From: a virus
DNA: 64,000 bases
Direction: 5' to 3' (one strand)
Virus record (IMG/VR): IMGVR_UViG_3300008267_013251
Coordinates: 1 to 64,000 of that record
A model generated the notes under the pieces. That model searched no databases, was not told where the DNA came from, and worked only from the letters and a program-made list of their open reading frames with translations. Numbering within the stretch: position 1 is the stretch's first letter; every line of letters begins with the position of its first letter. Position numbers and translations under genes: made by a program. Shown piece by piece: positions 57,645 to 64,000 of this stretch.

Positions 57645-58853
57645 TTAATTTAATTTGTCGTAAATCATATTTTCGTTATCGAAATAATTACGAATTCTGA
57701 ACGGGTTGGTTTCTTTTACTGATTTCTCAACGAATACTTGTTGAATTCCATTATTGTGGAAAAACTGAAAAGCATCAACATAATCATCAGATGTAATATC
57801 AACCTCTGAAAAATAGAGGTGCCTAAACCTGTCTTTTTCCTTCATGTTTTTGATGCCCGGAGACGAATACATGTAAGATTCAGGAGTGGGGTGATATCCC
57901 GGCAATAATGCTGTGATGATGGTTGCAATATTATCTTTGAAGTCCATGGGTGAAGAGAAGCATTTCACATACACATCTCGTTTTTCGGTATTAGGAATAA
58001 CATTGCCATGAATCGACTTCAACTCAGGCTCTTTCTCTACAATATTTTTCACAACTGGTAAAAGTTTGCTAAATACTGGGAAATAAAATTGAATGAATCT
58101 CCGACCTCCAGCATGAAATGCTAGATTGTATTTCAAATTATTAAAGAATTCATAAAGTAAGATGAAACTACAATATGAACTTTTACCCCTATTCGAAAAT
58201 CTTTGAATAATCCGGCTCATGGCATGATGAGTGAAAACCATATCGTACTCTTTACTGTGCCATTTGATTTTATTGGGTATCATATACTGATAGCATGTAC
58301 TACCATCAGACTCTATTTTATTAATCCTTTGAAATACAAAACAAATTTTATTGTCAACAAAGCACAGTCTGAAACCTTGATTTGGCCAATACTTGAAAAG
58401 ACCATCCTTGCCTTTAGAAAAAAGTATATTATCTCCAATAGCAAGTAGCAACTTTTCATGCTGGCTTGCGAAATTGGATGCCCTTTTATTGAATTCAACA
58501 ACTTCAGGCTCCTCACTCATTAAGAATTGAGTGCCCTTTTTTACATCCATTCGGGAAATTTTATGAGCAAATTCCTCTATCCCAGCTGCCATGAAAAAAG
58601 CTGGCTTGAACCCAAACTTGACAATATTCTTCAAGAATTCGTGATATATGTCATCATGTGCATCATGGAATTTGAAGGTCTGAAAGTTGATATCTTTTAC
58701 AGCTTTTTTAACAATATCTACATAGTCTCTATCACAGATATGTTCGTTTACAAATGAAAATTGAGGATATAAACCTCTAACTGATTCAAAGTGCTTTTGT
58801 TTACGAAGCCTTTCTTCTCTTTCTTTCTTTTTTTGAATTTTGTTGCGATTCAT
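57645..58853 (-). CDS. hypothetical protein
   Basis: 402-aa ORF, AAGGAGG RBS; 'FTHHAMSR' motif. Confidence 0.7.
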   Translation of the reverse strand: MNRNKIQKKKEREERLRKQKHFESVRGLYPQFSFVNEHICDRDYVDIVKKAVKDINFQTFKFHDAHDDIYHEFLKNIVKFGFKPAFFMAAGIEEFAHKISRMDVKKGTQFLMSEEPEVVEFNKRASNFASQHEKLLLAIGDNILFSKGKDGLFKYWPNQGFRLCFVDNKICFVFQRINKIESDGSTCYQYMIPNKIKWHSKEYDMVFTHHAMSRIIQRFSNRGKSSYCSFILLYEFFNNLKYNLAFHAGGRRFIQFYFPVFSKLLPVVKNIVEKEPELKSIHGNVIPNTEKRDVYVKCFSSPMDFKDNIATIITALLPGYHPTPESYMYSSPGIKNMKEKDRFRHLYFSEVDITSDDYVDAFQFFHNNGIQQVFVEKSVKETNPFRIRNYFDNENMIYDKLN

Positions 58854-58976
58854 GGTGATTCCTCCTTGTACAATCCTCCATTTACATCCTTATCTTATAC
58901 GGGACACAATAAAAAACGACAACCATAAATTTGCTACAAATGGTTTTACCGTTAAAATGTAACAAAGAGGAAAAAT

Positions 58977-59504
58977 ATGATAAATATTAAGCTTACCAAG
59001 GATATGGTTCTTCGTGCCTACAAGGATTCCATATCTTTGGGAGAATGCAAAAACTCTATCCTAAGAGGTAAAGGCAACTTTACAGGCTTTGTTGGAGAAG
59101 AGGCAGTAAAATCGTATCTCAAAATCGAATCTCAAAGAAATAACACATACAACTATGACATAACATACAATAGTATATCTTTAGATGTAAAAGCCAAGAA
59201 AACATCTGTCATTCCACAGTCATACCATGAAGCAAGTATTGCCAATTTCAATACTAAACAAAATTGTAAATATTATGTTTTTACAAGAGTACTTTGGCCA
59301 CAAGATATGTTGCTTCCTATTTCTGTTTATATTATGGGATACTACGACAAAAAAGAATATATGAAAGAAGCGAGATTCTTGAAAAAGGGACAAGTTGATG
59401 GCAGCAATAATTTCGTAGTAAAAGCAGATTGCTGGAATATGCTTTATAGTGATCTCCTCGATTTTTCTCAATTTAAAGAAAAATATCAACCTTTACTCAT
59501 TTAA
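58977..59504 (+). CDS. PD-(D/E)xK endonuclease-like protein
   Basis: 'GFVGEEAV...YD......DVKAK'. Confidence 0.6.
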   Translation: MINIKLTKDMVLRAYKDSISLGECKNSILRGKGNFTGFVGEEAVKSYLKIESQRNNTYNYDITYNSISLDVKAKKTSVIPQSYHEASIANFNTKQNCKYYVFTRVLWPQDMLLPISVYIMGYYDKKEYMKEARFLKKGQVDGSNNFVVKADCWNMLYSDLLDFSQFKEKYQPLLI

Positions 59505-59508
59505 AATT

Positions 59509-59715
59509 ATGAACCCAGAACTTTTACTATCTGACAAGTTTGTTGAATTTTCCCAAAAAATTTCACAACTTCATGAGGCTAAGAAAAAAGCCAGCGCAGA
59601 ACTCAAAAAACTTTTGGAGGATCACAAACTCCAGATGAAAAAAATTGATGACGAAGCCCTTGCTCTTTCTGCTGCCTTTGAAGCTTGGCAAAAAGAAAAT
59701 TCAAAACCCAAATAA
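59509..59715 (+). CDS. coiled-coil hypothetical protein
   Basis: MNPELLLSDKFVEF...; heptad pattern. Confidence 0.6.
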   Translation: MNPELLLSDKFVEFSQKISQLHEAKKKASAELKKLLEDHKLQMKKIDDEALALSAAFEAWQKENSKPK

Positions 59716-59792
59716 AGTCATGTAATTATTTGACTTTCGTAAACACATTTCCTAATGTGTCTTGAAATATTTTGGGCAGCAGAGATTGGGTG

Positions 59793-60059
59793 ATGGTAGT
59801 TAAATGTTTAGAATGCAACTCATACTCTGTATTTCATGCATGGATTGGTGTAAAAAGTAGAGTGACCAAAGGCTGCTGCTGTCCAAATCAAGTCTGGATT
59901 GACAGCAAAGAAAATATCCGAGCAGAAAACTTCGACAAAATTGAAATTTGGCATGGCGTTGAACAGAAGTTTATTCCATACCAGAGGTTCATGAGCCTAT
60001 GTTCTTCCCAGAAAGCAAATCATTCAGATTTGAAAGAAGATATTCTGGCACACGGTTAG
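59793..60059 (+). CDS. Zn-ribbon hypothetical protein
   Basis: CLEC...CCC.N.VWID. Confidence 0.6.
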   Translation: MVVKCLECNSYSVFHAWIGVKSRVTKGCCCPNQVWIDSKENIRAENFDKIEIWHGVEQKFIPYQRFMSLCSSQKANHSDLKEDILAHG

Positions 60060-60181
60060 CAAGATATAAATACTCATATGGTTTTAAATTCCATAGTAGT
60101 TTTTCAATAGCTTTTTTTGAAAGAACTGGCAGCGTCCTATTCTCACAGTTTAATTCTCGTTCTTTTGCTTTTGGAAATTGA
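59999..60181 (+). CDS. Ser/Phe-rich microprotein (array B)
   Basis: MFFPESKSFRF...SRSFAFGN; overlaps the upstream gene by about 60 nt. Confidence 0.45.
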   Translation: MFFPESKSFRFERRYSGTRLARYKYSYGFKFHSSFSIAFFERTGSVLFSQFNSRSFAFGN

Positions 60182-60183
60182 AA

Positions 60184-60381
60184 ATGTTGTTTAAAGTTGG
60201 CCAACGAAGTGATGTTTGCCAATTCCAAAATAATTGGAATCGGTCTGATTGTTGGACAGAAAGAGATTTTATATTAGAATCAGAGTGTTTTTCTAACAAA
60301 TACTTTTTCAGCAGACATTTTACTTGGGGAGATGAGTTCAATTTAAATAGCAGCTGGGGACATTGGTCTGGCAACATTTAG
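60184..60381 (+). CDS. Ser/aromatic/Cys-rich microprotein (array B)
   Basis: MLFKVGQRSDVC...SDCWT...SECFS...WSGNI; starts 2 nt after the previous stop. Confidence 0.6.
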   Translation: MLFKVGQRSDVCQFQNNWNRSDCWTERDFILESECFSNKYFFSRHFTWGDEFNLNSSWGHWSGNI

Positions 60382-60390
60382 GAGATCACC

Positions 60391-60474
60391 ATGATTAATA
60401 CTCTTTCTTTTCTCGTCGCTGTATCTGTACTAGTGGGTATGATATATATAGTTGCAGAGAAAGTGAGAGAGTGA
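60391..60474 (+). CDS. 27-aa single-TM peptide
   Basis: AGGAG RBS; MINTLSFLVAVSVLVGMIYIVAEKVRE; TGATG-coupled to the next gene. Confidence 0.55.
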   Translation: MINTLSFLVAVSVLVGMIYIVAEKVRE

Positions 60475-60800
60475 TGTCAGAAATTCCATTTTCAGTATAT
60501 GGTTTTACAACTAACAAGCCTCCAGTATTAAATACAAGTTGGAATGAACAAAAAAGAACTGTTGATCTAAGTCACAAAAGTTATGTTTTTATTACTTCTC
60601 TGTATTCATCACCATGGAGACAAAGAGAAAGGTTTCCAAACGCTGATCGATCCACTATACTTTACTATTGGTCAAAGTATGGTGATAAAAGAGTCAAAAG
60701 AAGTTTGAACTGGACAACCGAACCGAGATCATGGTGGCCTTCAGGCATAACTGAATCAAAGGTTTTCAACGAAAGTCATGTTAAAGGTTTTAAATTTTAA
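60474..60800 (+). CDS. leader-bearing Ser/aromatic-rich microprotein (paralog of 17234-17506)
   Basis: MSEIPFSVYGFTTNKPPVLNTSWNEQKRTVDLSHKSYVF followed by an unrelated W/S-rich tail. Confidence 0.8.
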   Translation: MSEIPFSVYGFTTNKPPVLNTSWNEQKRTVDLSHKSYVFITSLYSSPWRQRERFPNADRSTILYYWSKYGDKRVKRSLNWTTEPRSWWPSGITESKVFNESHVKGFKF

Positions 60801-60963
60801 TTGTGATGTTTTTTCAGCAGGTAACGCTTGCTCATTCAAAGACATAAATAATAGTGAACTTTATAGAGCACTTAGCTTTGACGGCAGAACTCAAAGCCAA
60901 TTATTCAGTCATCCGTTTATTTATGACAGTCATTGCTTCAATATGTTGTGGAGAAGCCCGTGA
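60778..60963 (+). CDS. Ser/aromatic/Cys-rich microprotein (array B)
   Basis: ...SHCFNMLWRSP; overlaps both neighbours. Confidence 0.55.
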   Translation: MLKVLNFNCDVFSAGNACSFKDINNSELYRALSFDGRTQSQLFSHPFIYDSHCFNMLWRSP

Positions 60964-61190
60964 TTTTCAATTACACATGCAGACACACTTATTCTGTATT
61001 CGCCCGAAATCAAAGATTCGGTGTGACATTCAGACCTAATGAATATTGTTGTTTGGCTTTTGGAAGTAGATTCAATAGAGTTAGTAGAAATACAGGGCAA
61101 GCTTGGAGTGAAGTGTTTGGTGCTTGCGAATCTACAGTATGGAAAGAATTTTCATTTGAAGAACAGCACAGTTGGAGCGATTGGGTATGA
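60960..61190 (+). CDS. Ser/aromatic/Cys-rich microprotein (array B)
   Basis: GTGA overlap with GGAG RBS; MIFNYTCRH...WSDWV. Confidence 0.6.
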   Translation: MIFNYTCRHTYSVFARNQRFGVTFRPNEYCCLAFGSRFNRVSRNTGQAWSEVFGACESTVWKEFSFEEQHSWSDWV

Positions 61191-61372
61191 GGTTGTTACA
61201 TGCAGAATCATGCTGCTGGATATTGCATCAAAAAGCAAGTTCCAATATAGCTTGTTTCTTCCATCATTTTATGCCGTATTCATATCTTTGGAAAAGTTTT
61301 TCAGCCAGAAATACTAATCTACGACTTCAACAATCTAAAAATTTTGGATTTTATTCCAGCGATTGGGTTTGA
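61187..61372 (+). CDS. Ser/aromatic/Cys-rich microprotein (array B)
   Basis: ATGA overlap; MRLLHAESCCW...SSDWV. Confidence 0.6.
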   Translation: MRLLHAESCCWILHQKASSNIACFFHHFMPYSYLWKSFSARNTNLRLQQSKNFGFYSSDWV

Positions 61373-61424
61373 TTCAGTAATTTTTTATAGTATTATGCCT
61401 AAGTGTTTTTTAAAAGGAGTTTCT

Positions 61425-61616
61425 ATGCCGTATCCAACGAAATGTGACCGTTGTCGTCAATCTATGTCTGACTGCTGTATGAGCAAATTTAATTCAGACT
61501 ATATTTGTGGCACCTGCCAAACAAAAGAACAATCTCATCCCCAATATGCAATTGCTACGGAAGTTGCAAAAAGAATGAGCAACTTTTCTGGAATTGGCAA
61601 GCCTTCCGACCTTTAA
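61425..61616 (+). CDS. small Zn-finger protein
   Basis: CDRC...MSKFN...CGTC...E..HP.Y; AAGGAG RBS. Confidence 0.65.
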   Translation: MPYPTKCDRCRQSMSDCCMSKFNSDYICGTCQTKEQSHPQYAIATEVAKRMSNFSGIGKPSDL

Positions 61617-61658
61617 TTCGAATTGGATTCATAGTTTTTTTCGCATTTGGAGTAGAAC

Positions 61659-61817
61659 ATGGACAAGTCATTAGAAGAAAAAATTATGGAAGACATTATA
61701 AAACACCTGCATTCAAACCGGCATCTATCTAATTTAGGGTATGATTCTATGACAACAGAAATGAAAAATATATTTAATAGTATTGCATGCAATCCTGTGA
61801 GTGACCGTAATGTCTAG
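61659..61817 (+). CDS. small hypothetical protein
   Basis: GGAG RBS; MDKSLEEKIMEDIIKHL... Confidence 0.45.
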   Translation: MDKSLEEKIMEDIIKHLHSNRHLSNLGYDSMTTEMKNIFNSIACNPVSDRNV

Positions 61818-61926
61818 TTATTGGGATGGATTTTGGACAGGTGTAGCTGTGACATTTGTTATGTCACAGCTTTATTTCTTGTGTTGTGACATTAGTTGTG
61901 GAAAAATTAAAAGAAGGGAGAAGTAA
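61810..61926 (+). CDS. small TM peptide
   Basis: MSSYWDGFWTGVAVTFVMSQLYFLCC...; overlaps both neighbours. Confidence 0.45.
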   Translation: MSSYWDGFWTGVAVTFVMSQLYFLCCDISCGKIKRREK

Positions 61927-62090
61927 TGCCATATAAAAGTAGAATCAGAAGAGAAGAAGCAAGGTTAGCATGGCGAATTAAGAATAAAGAAAAACTTCGT
62001 GAACAAAGAAAAATATGGGAAGCAAATAATCAAGACAAAATTAGACAGTATAGAGAGAAAAGGAAACATAAAAATGCTCTCCAGAAATAA
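61926..62090 (+). CDS. small basic helical protein
   Basis: TAATG coupling; MPYKSRIRREEARLAWRIKNKEK..., similar to N-termini seen on phage HNH proteins. Confidence 0.5.
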   Translation: MPYKSRIRREEARLAWRIKNKEKLREQRKIWEANNQDKIRQYREKRKHKNALQK

Positions 62091-62127
62091 CCACGATAAG
62101 TCTACAAATTTTTAGATCATAAAAAAA

Positions 62128-62772
62128 TTATTTTTTTTGTGGATATTTCAACTTTTTTATAAACCAAAAAGCTGCTTTAGATTCAAGCCTTAGTCTGTTC
62201 TCATTTGCAAATCTGTCTACGGCACTTTTTACACCTGCACACCAATCATAATCATGACCAAAAACAATTCCTTTTTCTACCATATCAAATGAGTACTTCA
62301 AGTCTGCGTAAACATCTTCCTCTTCATGAGATGCATCTATGTAAACAAGCTCTGGCTTTATCGCATGGTGTTTCAATATTTTTAAGCCTGTAATTGATGT
62401 ATTTGTTATTGGAATAATCGTATCTTGTAAATTATTGTGAACAACATTACTCAAGAACTGATAATATATTTGAGGATAACCATTTTTAAGATGGAGATTT
62501 CTTTCTGGAGTATCCTTGTGTGTTGTCCAAAATTCTGTCGCTCCTAACCATGTGTCAATGGCATATATCTTGGTATGTTTCAATCCTAGTTTTTTTAAAA
62601 TTTTGCCCATGTTAATAGTTGATTGGCCTTTCCAAGAACCTATTTCTACTACAACTGAAGGCAAAGACATAGATATCATTTCTTCAAAAATAGAATCATT
62701 TCCTCCCCAGCCATCTGTATCTTCAGGCCACAACTCTAAATTTTCATATATTTTTTGGTTTATTTCATTCAT
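62128..62772 (-). CDS. class I SAM methyltransferase (Methyltransf_24-like)
   Basis: VEIGSWKGQST, IDTW, VYIDASH, GHDY, GVKSAV. Confidence 0.9.
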   Translation of the reverse strand: MNEINQKIYENLELWPEDTDGWGGNDSIFEEMISMSLPSVVVEIGSWKGQSTINMGKILKKLGLKHTKIYAIDTWLGATEFWTTHKDTPERNLHLKNGYPQIYYQFLSNVVHNNLQDTIIPITNTSITGLKILKHHAIKPELVYIDASHEEEDVYADLKYSFDMVEKGIVFGHDYDWCAGVKSAVDRFANENRLRLESKAAFWFIKKLKYPQKK

Positions 62773-62877
62773 ATTATTCCTTACGACATACCAACTACTA
62801 TGGCAAAATTTTATTGTATTTTCGAACTTTGATTATATAATGAAAATTTATCATAAAAAATAAAAAAAGAAGGCAAG

Positions 62878-63072
62878 ATGCTTTTCATCAACGGGCATGA
62901 CTGCGCCATCTTCAGCCAAATATATTCTGGCAGTCACAATTGGAGAAATAATTGGTGTCTATGTGACACTAGAGCTATGACAGCCAGAGCAGCATTGTCA
63001 TTTTCCCATTGTTGGTCTAAAAATATAACTTGCTCCCAAAAGAATGATTCTTTTTTGTGGGGGATAGACTAA
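62878..63072 (+). CDS. Ser/aromatic/Cys-rich microprotein (array A, 1)
   Basis: MLFINGHDC...SHCWS...WGID; AAGG RBS. Confidence 0.6.
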   Translation: MLFINGHDCAIFSQIYSGSHNWRNNWCLCDTRAMTARAALSFSHCWSKNITCSQKNDSFLWGID

Positions 63073-63260
63073 TGTTCTATAAGTTCGGCAGTTCCAGATC
63101 ATTTCATTGGCAAATCTGGTCGCATCATGGCACCAGAGGCGTAATATGGGGAGATAATTTTGTGGGCAAAAGGGATCGGTATTCCATATTGTTGAGTAAG
63201 ACCTCCCAATTAACAAGCAGATGGTCGTACTACAGTAAGTGCTGGGGGTGGAGAGATTAG
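63072..63260 (+). CDS. Ser/aromatic/Cys-rich microprotein (array A, 2)
   Basis: TAATG overlap; MFYKFGSSRSFHW...SKCWGWRD. Confidence 0.6.
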   Translation: MFYKFGSSRSFHWQIWSHHGTRGVIWGDNFVGKRDRYSILLSKTSQLTSRWSYYSKCWGWRD

Positions 63261-63261
63261 C

Positions 63262-63468
63262 ATGATATTCACTAGAAACTGTAATGGCATGAATACATTA
63301 CATCTACGAAGATTTTCTTATCTGTTTGATTCTTTTGGAACTTCAGTTTCTTTTCATGGAAAATATGGGTCAGCACTTTGTTTTGAAGGAAATTCATTTA
63401 TGTCTAATGCATTTCACGATGGACAGATGACATGCGGAAGACCATTTGCTTTAAGGACACAAATTTAG
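63262..63468 (+). CDS. Ser/aromatic/Cys-rich microprotein (array A, 3)
   Basis: 1-nt gap, GGAG RBS; MIFTRNCN...LCFEG... Confidence 0.6.
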   Translation: MIFTRNCNGMNTLHLRRFSYLFDSFGTSVSFHGKYGSALCFEGNSFMSNAFHDGQMTCGRPFALRTQI

Positions 63469-63479
63469 GAGACTTTCCA

Positions 63480-63620
63480 ATGATGTTCTGCCGTATGAGA
63501 AGCAGCAAATGTTGGTCAGAAGGCAATTATCAATTCATTTTTTATGATGTTGTAAGCAGTCGTTTAAACGGTGGATATTATAGTTATATGTTCAGCAGAG
63601 AGCGAGTGAGGAGCCTTTGA
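63480..63620 (+). CDS. Ser/aromatic/Cys-rich microprotein (array A, 4)
   Basis: AGGAG RBS; MMFCRMRSSKCWSEG... Confidence 0.6.
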   Translation: MMFCRMRSSKCWSEGNYQFIFYDVVSSRLNGGYYSYMFSRERVRSL

Positions 63621-63823
63621 TTATCCGAATTAACACTATTTCAAACAATGGATGCTGGAGTGGCGATAACAGCATTAGCCATTGCTTTCCACGCTTCCAA
63701 TATTGCACTCTGAGGAATACAGTAGGCAGAAGCATGGGTTTTTGGAGTGTGATATTTGAAAGGCAATGCAGATCGAAATTGCGCTATGGATTTTGGTCGA
63801 GTTGCTGGGGGAGCGGGATATGA
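63617..63823 (+). CDS. Ser/aromatic/Cys-rich microprotein (array A, 5)
   Basis: TTGA overlap, GAGGAG RBS; GCWS, SHCF, SSCWGSGI. Confidence 0.6.
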   Translation: MIIRINTISNNGCWSGDNSISHCFPRFQYCTLRNTVGRSMGFWSVIFERQCRSKLRYGFWSSCWGSGI

Positions 63824-63999
63824 TCCATCTGATTAACTCCTACAAAGAATGTTGGTGCTGGAATGATGCCAGCGATACAAGCTATTGCTTTATTGGCACA
63901 AAATATAGTACATTGTCAAAGCGCAGGGCATTTGGTGTCAAGGCAATATGGAGTTATGGGTATTCACAAGGCTATTCACAAAACTATTGGATTTTTTGA
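63820..63999 (+). CDS. Ser/aromatic/Cys-rich microprotein (array A, 6)
   Basis: ATGA overlap; MIHLINSYKECWCWN...SYCF...YWIF. Confidence 0.6.
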   Translation: MIHLINSYKECWCWNDASDTSYCFIGTKYSTLSKRRAFGVKAIWSYGYSQGYSQNYWIF

Positions 64000-64000
64000 A

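Noticed and set aside
59999-63999. Diversity-generating retroelement as the source of microprotein variation
   Set aside because: No reverse transcriptase in the window, and I saw no template/variable repeat pair differing only at adenines; cannot be excluded elsewhere in the genome.
1-64000. CRISPR array
   Set aside because: No regularly spaced identical direct repeats seen; the repeats present are protein-coding and degenerate.
1-64000. Stop-codon reassignment as an explanation for the short ORF arrays
   Set aside because: Long conserved genes are intact under code 11 and end in TAA, TAG or TGA. Adjacent microproteins are mostly in different frames with their own RBSs, so readthrough would not fuse them.

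Overview
AT-rich, densely coding segment of a large (jumbo-type, T4-like regulatory logic) bacteriophage using the standard genetic code. The host may be a planctomycete, inferred from one secreted Cys-rich protein. The window contains: virion-associated repeat proteins (two RCC1, a delta-60 propeller, lectin/LamG); a large dispersed set of sugar/surface-modifying enzymes (glycosyltransferases, methyltransferases, 2OG oxygenase, two tandem carbamoyltransferases, NTP-transferase/kinase, CoA-ligase-like); a PHP-less DnaE and a separate DnaQ; an Rnl1-type RNA ligase that appears to start at ATT; MoxR/VWA; an ArdC-like protein; proteins with T4-type capsid-targeting motifs; and a tRNA-Arg(UCU) interrupted by a 197-nt IC3 group I intron. 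The most unusual signal is a family of about 17 short Ser/Phe/Trp/Cys-rich microproteins, in translationally coupled arrays (59999-61372, 62878-63999+) and dispersed copies. They share micro-motifs but almost no alignable sequence, and two carry a conserved ~38-aa N-terminal leader. All product calls come from motif recognition by eye; no database searches were run.
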